Of a DNA stretch of 64,000 nucleotides, positions 50,701-64,000 are shown piece by piece. Made by a program: the position numbers and the translations under genes. The DNA lies in the NCBI GenBank assembly GCA_964057225.1, contig OZ059899.1, positions 7,564,001 to 7,628,000 on the forward strand, given 5' to 3'. Position 1 is the stretch's first letter; every line of letters starts with the position of its first letter. The notes below the pieces were generated by a model. That model saw nothing but the letters and a program-made list of their open reading frames with translations, was not told where the DNA came from and did not search any database. The DNA comes from Auanema rhodensis. Its lineage: Eukaryota > Animalia > Nematoda.

Positions 50701-52093
50701 TGAAAGGATCTTCTTCGGATTCACCTGTGAATTATAGTGAAGAAGATCTAAAGAAAATGAAAAGAGATAAAGTTCGTAGAAAAGCGGTAATGATTGGAAG
50801 TGAATTGAGAAAATATATCATCAAATCTAGAGAAATCCAAACTATGAGAAAACAAGAAATGATTGATTTCATTATGAAGTTTAAAGACGTGTTTACAGAT
50901 TAAACACTAGAAACTTCGTTTTGATCTGAGTGTGTGAATTCACAAACACTTCTAGAAGGCTTGCTTTCGCTGATTCTGGAATTTGGATTTTTTCTTTAAA
51001 TTTTTTTTCTATATAAAACGGAAGCCTTGACTTCTTCAAGAATTTGAAAAAGTAATATTTTCTACTCTAGAGTAGCTTAACATAACAAGAAAGTTAAACA
51101 ATCAGATCAACTTCGTAAGGACGTTAGAAGAATATATAAAGCTAAAAAATTAATAACTAATGATCAGATAACAAAAATGAAGGTGGAAGAAATGAGATAA
51201 TTCATACATACAGAAGTATTCTACAAGTGATACGGAAGATAAAGATAATAAAATTTCCTTAAAAAACTGCTTATAGGAATATGAGTGATAAAAATATTTT
51301 ATCGAACATTTTCCACACAATCGAAACTAATTGCATTCCTTTTTACAATACTCTTGTAAAAACGAATCTTACTTCTTTCTAAAAAAAAAAGAAGAAGAAT
51401 TTAGTATTAAATGATATCTTCAAAGATTGTGATGTTTGAACAATGTTTCGTCTGGAATGTAATAAAGCTTTTAGATCTAGTAGTGATATACATAAATATG
51501 AATATATTTCTTTCGACTTTGACGTCACAAGTGAAATTCAAATTCTAAGCTCTGGAGAAAATAGAAATACGTTTTATCAGAATATCATTCAACGTTTGAT
51601 AAATAAAGAAATAAAGTAAAAAAAAATCAGTCAAAATACTCAAGTGCTTTGACTTCCCAAAAATCGGAGGGATTTGGTCAAGTATAAGATGAACATTCAG
51701 ATTATTTTATAATTAATGCTTACTTCTCACTTTTTTTCAAAAAAGTATTGTAAATGACTGACTTCAGAGAATGAAAATGTGTCTAAAACGGCTGAGATGT
51801 CGAAATGGTATTGAAATGATATTATAATCCTTCTCTACTATACTACTTTTATACATAGATACGTTCGTATCTTAAAAAAAAGTCTGATATCATAAAGATG
51901 AAGATTCAATAAATCTTTTTTTTTTTAAATTTTGACTCATAGATTTATGGATATATGGCAATCAATACAGAATTCAGATTAAATTGTAATCAATCCCCTC
52001 TGGGCAAAAAGAGCATGAGTGAAAATGAGGAAAGTTATATGTAAAATTTTTTTTCCAAAAGATAGGGAACAAAAATTGAAAGTTTATTTCAGA

Positions 52094-52129
<36 letters not shown>

Positions 52130-55100
52130 AGTTTAGAGAATGAAATAGAAAATTCCCAAACTTGAATGAAATTAATCACAAGATTTCATTAAACACAGAT
52201 AAAAGAAGAGACTTTAAATTGCAAACCAAGGTTAATAGTGAATGATGCTTGGAAGTGATAAGTCCATGAAGAAGAATTCAGAATTTAAATTTCTGGAAAA
52301 GGAGTCATCAAGAGCTGAAGTGCGAGAGAGACATGGGGGCAAAAGAAAATATCATCTTTGTAATCACATATTTCTCTTTTTTATATTTTTATTTCAACTC
52401 TTTATATCTATTTTTCTTTTTCACTCTTATTCGTTTATACCAATATAATATATAATTTGTATGAAAGAAATAAGAAGAGTGACAAGCATTTTGGTATAAT
52501 ATAATAGAATATAATTAGTTAAACCTTGATTATTTGATCCAAAACCATCAGTTAAATCAAATCTTGAAAACAATACTAATTGTCACTATAGTTTTTAAAT
52601 AATTTGTTTCTGTTGGGTGTTTAAAAAACAAATCGCTTTGATATTTGGAAAAATAAGAGTTGACAGATTATTAGTTAAGATATGACAAAAGTTTTGAAAT
52701 TATCAGATTAAAAATTTCATATACTAAGTTTTAATATAATAATAAAGGTAAAGGTTTGAAAAACTAGTAGAACACAGATATTATCAGTTTATAAAGAAAA
52801 AAAGTTTGGGTTAAACTGATTTAATAATAAGTAATATATATCATGTGGTATAGAAATTGTTTATTTCCCCTCTTCTCAATCAATTTTTTTAAAATTTGAC
52901 AAAATGTTTTGTCATTATCTAATAAAACTATAGTTTATTCCTTTTATTTAGACTTTGAACATGATGTTAGCTTTCTATTAGTGAGATGTTTAAACACGAA
53001 AACAACAAAACTGAAATGTCAGCTGGAACATTGTGAATTCAAAAAATTTCATCTCAACTTGATTATTTGAAGATGTTGAAGTGAGCATGAAAAAAAAAGA
53101 ATGATTTCAAAAGAATATCAGCTGAAAACAACTTTGCTTGCTATATTGTAGTACATTGTAAGGCCTTCTCGTAGTGACCAAATGTTGGGAAGTTGGTATA
53201 TTCAAGCTGAAGCCCGGATAAGTTTCTGATTAATTTGTATGTATCATGAAATAGCTGACGTCATCATGAGCAGTAATAATGTAGACAAGAAATTTTGAAG
53301 AAGACCAATGAGACAATGAACATCGATAATATGAGATGACAATCACACTACAACCTTGATATGTTTTGAAAAAAAAAGTAAAAGCTGAGTAAATTATAAG
53401 AAATGAATGTAAATTCAAACTTCTTGATGTATATATTTATATATTATATTAAAAGCAGCTCAAAAACTTGTCATCAAGAAGTTAACGAAAAGAAAAGAAA
53501 ACGTGGGGTAATTCAAAGTCAAGAAAATATTCCATTTGAACAGTTCAAAACATTAAATAGAAAAAGCTTTAATGATGAAGATTCTGAAATAAATGGAAAC
53601 AGTGAATGAAGAGATTAGAGACGAAATACTAGAAATAGAACTGCTGTTTTACATGCAAGACTATAATACGAAATGAAAATGATTCTGCCATTGTTCTGCA
53701 TTTGAGTATACGACGTCATGACAAATAAAATACGTGAAATTCAAAAAAAATACAATGAAAGTATATATACTTTCATATATATATATAACTGAATGTATAT
53801 AAACTAAATGGTTAAATAATCTATTTGTTGAAGTATTCTATAGATTTGCATAAATTAAGGAAAAAGTTATTGGACATGAGGAAGATGAAGTGAAAATCAG
53901 CTGCTAACAAACGTGCTCCAATTTGGCTCAAGCGAGAATTGTTAAAAAAAAATCCAAAAATACATGAAAAGCTGAAGAGAGAGGTGATTATATAAGATGT
54001 TCATAGGAAAACATTTCTTTCGTTTTTTTCAATTCATAAGGTTTTGATGTTTTTTTCTTTTATTATGTCTTTGAAGCTGAGGAAATGTTGTTAAAACATA
54101 CTGACATATCTGCTGAGTGTGAAGTTTGAATATGATTAGCTCAACTAATTTCAAATGTATAAAATGAATACATATCTAAGACAAAATACCACAAAATATG
54201 ATAAAACTTTAAAATAGTTGGAATAGAAGGAGAGACAAGACTGGACAGGACGAGAAGGTTGAAACGAAGAAACTTATTTATAATAGTATAAAAAGGCTAT
54301 TTCTCATATGTACTCATAACATCTCAGCAAAAATTTCAATAAAAACTGCAATGGAAGATGAGAAAAAATGGAGAAAATATACTATTTCTAATAATTGACT
54401 TTTCATAGCATTTTTATATTTTGAAAACCAAAATAGTTTTGCATCACTTCGATGAAAAAAAAAATTAAAATCTTAGAATAATAATAATTTAATTAATCAA
54501 TTGAACGTTTCAAATCGTTCATCAAGACAAGATCAAGAACCAGTTTGTTTTTGTAAATTATTGGTTTAGAGATCACATAGTAAATAATATATTATATAAG
54601 ATTATATGTAATATAATAATAAAGTATAAAACGTATAATAAAGTAAATAAAAATTTGATCTAAGTAACTGAAAGCATATCATTTCAGAACAAACTTTTGA
54701 AATTCCACTTTGAACTATATAACCTTCTTTTTGTATTTCAAATGATTAAATACCATTACCATGCTAATATAAAACAGAAAAATATTTTTTTAGTAATAGA
54801 AAATAATTCTCTTAATTGTATTTTAGTAAAAAAAAAGTACCTGGATACAGATAAAATGCCTTGAATTCGTGGCGAACCGTCGTCGCAGTCAACAAATCCT
54901 CCTGCGACCTCAACACGCCTTCTTTCTTCTTTCTATAAGTCAAAAAATGTTTGCATATAAAATATAATTTTAATAATAATTCAGAATTGGTTATTTTGGT
55001 TTAATTTTTCTGATTTTATCGACTTTCCTATGATTTTGCTGCAGCTGCTGAAAGCTACATCCTCAGGCTTGAAATGCGATTAAGCAAGTTCAAAAGAGTG

Positions 55101-58100
55101 CATATTTGGAATATGATTAAACAATTGAGGAAAACTATTGAAAATAAAAAAATAATAATAATTTAAATATATAATTAATATGAATACATACATATTATGT
55201 ATGTATTTAGATAGAATTACATGTATTTGAGATATATATGAAGATAACCAACGAACGAGTATAAGACGAAATGATGAAGTAACAGAAAAAAAGGATAGGA
55301 TTTGGAAGATGGGGTTGAAAAGGAGAAATTGGTGCTCAATGAAAGGCACAGAAATAGTCCGATATCACATAAGAAGAAAGCCTCAATTAAGTATTGAATT
55401 ATAATTATATATAGATATTTAGCTAACTATATATCTTTCTATATATAACTATATATATAGTTATATATATATGTATATATTTTAATTTAAACATTTTTTT
55501 TGTATTATACTACATGATCATGGATGATCAAACCAAATGAAGAAAAGCGAGATAAGTCCATTTCATTTTATTATCAATCGCGTCCATCTGGTTTAAATGC
55601 TCATCGTTGTGAATCTTGATAGCCCGGAGGCATACTTACAGCTGCAGGGATTTCGAAAACCTAAAGGCAATCGAAGCAATTATTATATGAAATGATTTTA
55701 GGCTTTTTCAGTTCTTCATCAGCCTTTTTTTTGCATTAACGCTCAACATGCATATGTTTTCGAATGAATCTTGATTTTAGATTCAAATTAACTATAAGGT
55801 GTAATTGGATAGCATAGTTTTGCTTAACAATAGATCGAGAGTTTAAATTGAAATTGAGATTAGAGCTATGAGACAACAACCTTTTTTTTTTTGTTTAAAC
55901 TTATATTATCAGAAATTCAAACAGAATATCAAATTTTCATACGTCTAGTCAGCAACATGCAAAAGGCAAACTGTGATAATGAATTGAATCCAAAACTACT
56001 TGATATAGGTGAAAAATTAATAAAAAAATTTAAAAGTCACTTTAGAAATAGTGAACATAAGTTGTATCAAATATTTTTCTTTAAAAAACAAAAAAAAAGT
56101 TTGTTAACTATACAATGGCTCTATTTTGAAAAAAAAAAGAAAATATGGCTAAAAAGTTTAACATAAAGCTTTAACTAAATTATACTTAAACTGCTTTTAA
56201 GAACAACTAAAACTGCTGGGAATATGTTCAAGGATATAACAAGGAAGTTATTTATCAAATAACTCAAAAAGAAATAAACCAAAATAGTAGATACATCGTA
56301 TTCTTTAAGAGAGAGAGAGAGAGAAGCGAGACAAGATGGTAAAGAGAGAATAGGAATAAGAATATTGAAGATAAATACAAGCCCATCTATAGAATTTTGG
56401 GTTTGCTTATGATAAAAAGGGAAAATTTAATCACACTTTTCTTGTTGTTGAGGATATACATACATATCCTATTTAGATGAAGATATAGCATATAGAATTT
56501 GAATTGTCAATTATAGTTTGAAAATGATGTGAACAAATGTTCCTAAAAAAGTTGACTGAAACTCCGTGACCATATGAGAAATATGTATTTGAGGGTGTAA
56601 AATCAATTTTGATATATAATATTATTATCAGTTATTGTACTATTAAGATAATATATTTTTTAAATGATAATATACTTTCTGTTTCTTTTTTTTTCATTTT
56701 TTGAATTATAAAAAAAGGAAAATATTTAAAAGTCAATAAGCAACGAAAATTAGACTTATTTCATATAATAGTACAATAAATATATCATATACTTAATAAA
56801 ACATTGAAGAACGATTACAAAATTATCATTTAAAGACGAAAAACGAGTTTAAAGTAGAGAAAACTGTGTCTGATATTCATGAAAACTATTAGAAAACAAC
56901 AAATAGACAACATGAAAAAACGTCAGTAATCTAATGATCTTAAATGAAAGGAAAAGAATATGTCAATATGTACGAAATATTCGTTTTTATAAGTGAAGAT
57001 GTTAAATTTCAATGAAATGATATCTATTTAATAGTTCTAGATTTGTTCTTATAAACTGCAAAGCAAGACTAGTTTAACTAACTGACCATTGCTTCTCCTT
57101 CACCTCATTCACCTATATCGCTGTCCCTTCTACTTTTATCTTCTCTCTTTCTTTTTTTTTCGTTTTTTTCTCTTATATAAGCAATATATTTCTTTGCTGT
57201 TCTCTTACAACACAATTTGTAGAGGGAGGGATTAGATAGCGGAAAAGGAAGTCAGCACCAATGCACATTGGCTGAACCTCAAAATTTTGTTTGAAAGAAG
57301 TTTTAAAGACTACTACATCAACTTCAAAAAGTTGAAATCGCCCGTCAATTTTTTATTGAACTTGAAAAATCAGAAAGGGCACAGGGAATTGCATAATATT
57401 GCTATGATTTTTTAAATTTTAAATTCAAAACTTACATCATCAGGCTTGTGATCTATACTAAGAGGAACAGCTCGATTATGAAGATCACAAGCGACAGCTC
57501 TAGAATCTCCAACATTAATTATGGTCAAATAACGATTTTTCTCCAAAATAGCGCAGATAAGAGTAGATCCTGAAGTGTTTGAGATTTTTGAAAAAAAAAC
57601 AGAATACTTAATTTATTTATTTACCTGTTAATGAAGTATATTTACAATCTAATCGTGAAATTGCATCATCAAGTTCATATACTTGAGTTATAACAGCCTG
57701 GAAGAATATATGTTATTATTAGAAAATAAATTGCGAATATGATTTTTCTTTTCATTTAAATAATTTTATTATATATTCATTCTTTCATATTTCAATTACA
57801 AAAGAATAAGAATAATAATAATTATAAACTGATGACGTAAATCAAAACATATTATATATAACAATAGAATATATATATATAAATGAATTAATATATTTTA
57901 GAAAAATATTTTTTTATTTAATAAATTTAATTTTTTTTAATATTTTTTCTTTTTTTTTTGAATTATTCTATATTTCATATGCATAAACACGTGGCTGTAC
58001 TTGAAAACTGAATCGGATTATATAAAATATATTTGATTTAACAACATGTAGCGATTAATCTGATCGAAACTGAACATCAATACAAACATGTATATATTCA

Positions 58101-59018
58101 GTTATTTTATTGAAATTTATAATTTATACATACCTCAGCTATAGGATCATCTGCAACTAATGAACTTGATTTATTTATTTTTAATTTTTGTTTAAGCCTC
58201 ATTAAACGATGTCGAAGTGAGACCGCAAAATGACATTCCAAATAATCTGATATATACTGAAATATTTGAATTAATTTATTATAGAGTTTTATATATATAT
58301 ATATATATATAAATATATGTATGATTAATGAAATATATAAATATGACAAGAATTCGAGTGTTTACCATTCCCCCATGTCCATCGAAAATTCCAAAAATTG
58401 CCAAATTCAAGTTAGGATCATACATATAATGCATGCGATCTTCCATATATGGTCGAAAACCTTGAGCAGCAGCATAAGTAAACTTCTCATGCATGATCTT
58501 CCATAAGTTTTCTGAAAATAAGTTTAAAACTTGAAAAATATGAGCTTGAGGTCTTATTTTTTCTGAAAAAAAAGAAAGAAAATAGGAACGTTGTGATGAG
58601 TTATATCATATTATTAAATCACAAAGATAATTTTAAAAGTTTAACATGCACTTTCAAATTTTTTTTTCGAAGGAAAGATCACATTTAAATTTTTTTTTCA
58701 ATTTACAAAAAGTATTTCATAATTGATTATAAAAGAAAAATGATACAAACCATCTTGCAATACATCACTGAATCCTTTATCAATAAACTCTGGTAAATCA
58801 TACTTGTGACGATGTACAAGATCACGAGGTCGAAGATTTAAACCTCGTATTCTTGGTATAAGGTATTGTAATGTTTCTTTTATATAGTAATAAATCCATA
58901 TAATCAGAAATGCAAAACAAAATGTTTCCTTTCTTTGAGATAAATACCGTAAATTTCGATTGTTATATAATAAACAACTGGTAAGAACCAGTGTTATACC
59001 AACAATCTTGCATTGCAT
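47751..59018 (-). CDS. PP2C/PPM-family phosphatase with N-terminal hydrophobic anchor (PPM1L-like); large introns
   Basis: QGFRPYMEDR, IFGIFDGHGG, GSTL, NVGDSRAV, LSIDHKP, ERRRVEVAGG, GILSVSRAFGD, FLIVGTDGFWDV, SKDNVSV are all PP2C motifs, in order. Confidence 0.92.
48814..49167. pseudogene. Second, rearranged partial copy of the protease gene (inverted block plus direct blocks)
   Basis: 48814-48978 is an inverted copy of 49488-49658; 48986-49091 is a direct copy of 49687-49792; 49088-49167 is a direct copy of 50291-50370. Confidence 0.85.
49332..50003 (+). pseudogene. Three-exon intracellular chymotrypsin-fold serine protease pseudogene inside the TIR element
   Basis: Exon 3 reads GGFYVGTSHGER(D)DSGSGVFDSSGRILGISVG (GDSGS-type nucleophile loop). 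Lesions: acceptor AG>AA at 49570, a 1-bp deletion at ~49611, lost GT donor at ~49751 and an apparent late frameshift. Confidence 0.75.
50588..50903 (+). CDS. Small basic protein (~95 aa if spliced; 67 aa from ATG 50700) with Rho-N/HeH-like motif, antisense in a PP2C intron
   Basis: ATG 50588, phase-compatible GTAAGT...TTTTTAG intron at 50614-50641, open to TAA 50903. YSEEDLKKMKRDKVRRKAVMIG...MRKQEMIDFIMK has a protein-like amphipathic pattern. Confidence 0.5.
52096..52125. repeat. (AT)n microsatellite
   Basis: Perfect AT run. Confidence 0.9.
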
Positions 59019-59973
59019 GACGATCTAGAATTTTGTGACTTTTCAATCGTCCACTTTATAATGTTCTGAAAAAAAAGAAAAGATGAAAAATTATTCTTAT
59101 TCCTAAAACTTGAAAAGAAAATCACAATAATAGAAGATTTTTAAAAATATTTAAATATAAACTGAAAAACTTGAACACAAACCCAAAACTTTATATTATT
59201 CTATTTTTTGTGAATTAAAAACAAAAAAAAAATAATACAATTCTTCAACTTAATTGGTTTTGTACAATATTAGTTAAGAAACAAGTGTTCTATATGCTCT
59301 ATCGAACGAACGAACATATGCTCGAAAGTAAAACTTGATTGTTTTTTACCTCAAGTTGATAATATGCTCAAAGGCAATATTTCTTTTACACCTTGAAACT
59401 TAAAAGAAATTGAGAAGTTATATTTTAAAGAAAAAAAAATATATATTACATATTTAAAGATAAAATAAACAAACCTCTAAAAATCCTCGTTGATATAAAA
59501 TATATTGTTTTACTTGCTATAAGTGATGTCGTTCGCTATACAATGATTATAATTATTTCATTATAAATAATAATAAACTAAGAAATAACAAAATAATATT
59601 ATTTTAAAACCAAATAAATATATTAAATTAATAATATTAATATTTTAAATGAAAATTAGAGAAAATGCAAATATTTTTATGAAGATCGGCTTCATGATCT
59701 CGAAGGTTTACATAGCTGAAAAGCTAAAATCCTAATGATGTGCTGAGACAGCTGGTCTATCACTAACCAATATCTTTCTGTAAGAAAGATTTAACAGAAA
59801 AACTGACCACATCTAACTACATGATTTGGAAGAGAAAAATATATTTATTAGTATAAATTACAAATAAATTCAATATCAAAATAAATATTTATATTTTATA
59901 AAAAAAAAAAAATATTATATTATAATTACAAATAAATTAATATTTGAAAAAAAATTTTAATCATGAGATCAAA

Positions 59974-62859
59974 TCACAAGATCGAACACACGGGTGATCT
60001 GACGTGATGAGTAGCTTTGTCCTCTCCTACGCCATCCTAAAATTAAGAAAAAACTTCTTTGCAAAAGATAAATAGATTATTATATAAAATTGAAAAATGA
60101 AAATACTTGGATTTTTAAAAAAATAAATTCAAAGTTGCTAACCTTATTGGCATTTGTATTATTTGCAGTACCATCTTCATTATAAATTGACATATCATGT
60201 AATTCCATATATCCATCAATTGTCTGATCACCAGCTTGAAGAATATTATGAATTATTTGAAATTTTAGAAATTCTAACCTCTAGGTCTAGCACATAATTC
60301 CCATACCGATTTTCGATCATTTCTCTCCAAGAAATATGTATACATAATTCCTTTTCCCTATGTTTATATATAATTATAATAAATTTTAATATAATTTACT
60401 TTAATTTCTGTATTTCCTCTATCAACAAATACAAAACTTGTATTGGCAATTTGACCATTAGCTTTAGCTGGTTCACTAACATGAATCTTACATGGTATAC
60501 CAGAAGCTTCCATTTTATTAGCTACATTTACCGAATCACCAAATAGACAATATCTAAATATTTCAATTTAATTTTTAAAAATTATAATTAAAGACTTTAC
60601 CTCGGCATTTTCATTCCAACAACACCAGCTACCACGGGTCCAGAATGAACACCAATACGAATCTTTATAGGTTTCTGTGTAATAGGTGAAAGAACTAATT
60701 TAGATTCCATTAACATTCCTAAATAATAAAAATTATTTATAAAATTTTATATTATAAATACCAATTGATACATTTAATACTCTTTCACCATGATTTGTAC
60801 AGACTTCTGGTACTCCACCAACAACCATATATGCATCACCAATAGTTTCAACTTTATAAACATCATGCTATAAGATAATATAACAAATTCCTTTCAAATA
60901 AAATAATAAACTTACTAATCCAATTAAACGATCAAATCGTAAATATAAATCATTTAACAATGTTACAACATCATATGGAGTACATAATGCACAAATGTTT
61001 GTGAATGTCACTATATCTGTGAATAGCAATGTACAATCGGCAAATTCGCCTGAAAATTTGATTCAAAATGTTGACAGATTTGCAATGTTCAGCATACTAG
61101 CTTCTATCATCTTTCCCTGACGTAACGAATCGGCTACAGAAGCCGGCATTAGCTCACAGAGCAGCTCATCTGTTTTTTGCTTTTCGACTTCCAATTCCGC
61201 AGCCATACGTTTTAAACTTTTTGTTGTTTCTTCTAATTTTCGACTGAAAATGAAGTTGAAAAATGAAAAGCTAACTCATTAAATTTACTTTAATTCAACT
61301 TGTGTCATACGACTTTGGTTTAACATAATCAAATCTCTTGTGCCATCGTGTCGTTGCATATCACTGATATGAAGATCACGCTCAATCAACTCACGAACTG
61401 TTGTCACATTGACAGATGAAAGATAAAGAATATAATTTCCACCATCAATGAGTATCATTGATCCTTTAAAAAATAAAAATTAAAAATATATTGATTAAAC
61501 ATACCTTTTAGAAGAATTGGTTTTAATTCTTCTTTTTGATTATGAACAATATCACCAATACCTTTTAGTTTAAATATAAATAAACTATTTTTAAAAGCTA
61601 ATATTGATTCATATGAAAATGGAACCTAAAATATAATTCAATTGTTAATAATAAAAATAAAAAATTATACTTCAGGATGTATTAATTCCAAAATATCAGT
61701 AACTCTCGTTTCTTGTTGAACAGCCATTGGATAAGATTTCCGAATAAAATTACCAAAATGCTCAAGAAATAGATCTTTGTCAAAGCATATATGATATGGA
61801 AAAGCTTGTGAGAAGTCATTAGCTGAGATATTGTATGTTGCCTATAGAAATCAATATAATTTATAATAAAATATATATTTAAACTTCATGTTTCTCTATT
61901 TTTGATTCAGCTTTACTTGTAATTGATTTTTGATTACTCGCTATACCAGCTTCAACTTGACTGATCATAAAAACCACGTGTTCCGTAACAAAAGCATCTT
62001 GAATCAAAAATCAAAATAAATTTTTGTATCTAATTTATAGTTAGTTCTAATAATTTTTACCTAAATGTTCTTGTTTACGTTCCTGAACTTTCATTATAAC
62101 TTCAGTATCATATATTCTTCGAGATACTTCCCGTACAACACCTGAATTTCTATTATTATTAGGTTAAAAATTATTTAAGCCATATGATATACGATGCAAA
62201 TAATTTGTAGTATTAACATATTTTGATAAATATGTTTTTAAAGTTATCAACGTGCTTAATAGATCAGTTCATGTTTTAACATCGTATGTGTTTTAAACTG
62301 GTAATGCTGGACAGAAACTTTTTTTTAATTTTCCAGATGCATTTTTAAAAAATCAGTGAATTGATACAACATCTTTCCTTCAATCCTCGCGCGTATTTCT
62401 GAGTTTTATTCGAACATTTTGGCGCCTAGGTTCTCTATCCCGCATTTTCTAGCATTTCTTTGTTCTTTCCATTTGAATAAGAACACGAAAAATAGACAAA
62501 AACGAATTTTCAGAATACGTTTCCCGCTCAGATTGACCTCTCTCCAGCTATGTTCATGTAAGTTTCACGGTTTATATAGAAGCATTCTCATTCCATTGTT
62601 CACGTTTGCTTAACTGAGATTTTTGAAATTATTTATGCTTTAGAACTTATCATCTTATTTTAATCACATTTTGTTTCTTTAATAATTTAAAAGTATTACC
62701 TTTAACTATAGGATATAATCCACTTCTTTTAGAATAATAATGTAAAAGTAATGTTCCATCTATCTGTACTTCACAACGAAAAGATGGACCTCTTAGTTTA
62801 GTTTGATATACAACATGATCAATGAAGTAGTGAAGAGCATCCAACGAATCCAAAAAACC
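59974..62859 (-). CDS. gcy-37: Soluble (gas-sensing) guanylyl cyclase with C-terminal CAAX; 5' H-NOX exons lie beyond the window end
   Basis: [27 protein letters not shown]...[29 protein letters not shown]...[13 protein letters not shown]; [31 protein letters not shown]; ends SPVCSIL*. Confidence 0.88.
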
Positions 62860-63439
62860 CTAAATATACCTTTGTGATAATCAAATATTTCTATTAATAG
62901 TTCTCTCTCTCTTTCTTTCTCTCTCACGTTCTCTGTTTATGAACATTGTACCTCTAATGTTGCCTCCTTCGTTCCCTTAGTCTGTCTAGCCTATAGCCTC
63001 CCCACTCAATCGATCGATGCTGATCTGCACTACACACATTCCAATACAACTATTATTTCTTTGATTTTAATGAAAACTTAAGCGTTTTGAAGCTTTGTTG
63101 TATCGGAAAAAGGGAAAATTTCACATATAGGTTTCTCATCATGCTGATCATCCACATCATGTAGATTTGACGTAGATAACTATGATCACGTTAACAAGTA
63201 ACGTGATCGTAGCTCTTAACTACACTCCCAATTTGGAAGACTGATAGTAAATACCTTTATCAGGTCCCTACTATCTTCTTTTGGGATAATTTCGATAATT
63301 TGTGGGCTTTACACATGATCTCAGCTACGTTCCTAAACGGCTGGAGAAAATGGTTAAAGCCATCCGATCAGTCAATCGACCGAACCAGGCTGTGTCAATG
63401 CGCCGTATCTCATATGCGTGCACGACAAAGTCTCGCTCG

Positions 63440-63676
63440 TCTACCAATCTGATAACAACCGTTTCGGTCGCAATTGACCGTTGTATTGCGATATATTCAC
63501 TATGTTTTGGCTTTAATATAATTCTAGTTAGTTCTCATAACCTATACATGCTGATAACATGTGGTATATGCACGAGAATGACTGTTTTTCTGCGTCAATG
63601 TGATCAAATATGGCAGGCTATTTACATGATTAACTGTATTATTACCATTCGTTTACTGAGCAACTTAACAATATAG
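63440..63676 (+). pseudogene. Possible GPCR remnant (TM3-TM4 region), antisense in gcy intron
   Basis: LITTVSVAIDRCIAIYS resembles the class-A TM3 'DRY' region and is followed by hydrophobic CFGFNIILVSSHNLYM; no complete gene visible. Confidence 0.4.
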
Positions 63677-64000
63677 TTTGATGATTATCATTATTATGTA
63701 AATTTTGAAACAGATGAAGCTGAGTACTTAAAAAGCATCAAGTAACCCGTAAAACATACGGCGCACAGCTTTTCGCGCGCTTCATCTCAGCTGGCTCACC
63801 GAAAGTTTCTATTAAGACGTTTTAAATGTATTTCATGAAGATTGGATAGTATATTTGATAATATTTATGAAAAGATTATATCGTTTCTTATAATCTAGTA
63901 CGTTGCCTTCAAATCGTATCAAATGCACATTCAGTTCTAAGCTTTTATGATTCACTTATACGCCTTTCGTAAGACGCATTACTATCAAACAAAAACCAAA

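Noticed and set aside
50950-54800. Short ORFs in the large PP2C intron (52242, 53230, 53403)
   Set aside because: Could not be joined into a coherent spliced gene; compositionally biased.
1-64000. CRISPR arrays, tRNA/rRNA/snRNA, SL RNA genes, telomeric TTAGGC arrays
   Set aside because: None recognisable by eye; the sequence is eukaryotic. A tRNAscan/Rfam run would be needed to exclude small RNA genes formally.

Overview
AT-rich eukaryotic genomic DNA with very short (mostly ~40-55 nt) spliceosomal introns, trans-splice-type acceptors just upstream of start codons and nematode-specific gene families, i.e. a rhabditid-like nematode. The six-frame ORF track is mostly exon fragments or spurious, so genes were assembled by eye across introns. 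The compact left ~40 kb holds knl-2 (3' end off-window), vps-52, an SLC41 transporter, a probable operon (PIG-C, hnRNP L, PSMD9, SLC25A32), a TWK channel, a serpentine chemoreceptor, a ground-like gene, GnT-I, a saposin, hlh-34 and gelsolin. The right ~24 kb has larger introns and holds a SWEET, a peptide GPCR, a PPM1L-like phosphatase and gcy-37 (5' end off-window). Most interesting: (1) a ~2 kb element with terminal inverted repeats inside a phosphatase intron. It carries a scrambled, intron-containing, signal-less chymotrypsin-fold protease pseudogene whose two damaged copies complement each other, and it sits next to a small intact gene with a Rho-N/HeH-like motif. (2) A same-strand nested secreted-peptide gene in a vps-52 intron, ending in C-x4-C-P-G-R-G-R. 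(3) A candidate autoregulatory poison exon plus 12-nt microexon in hnRNP L. All family assignments come from motif recognition; no database searches were run.
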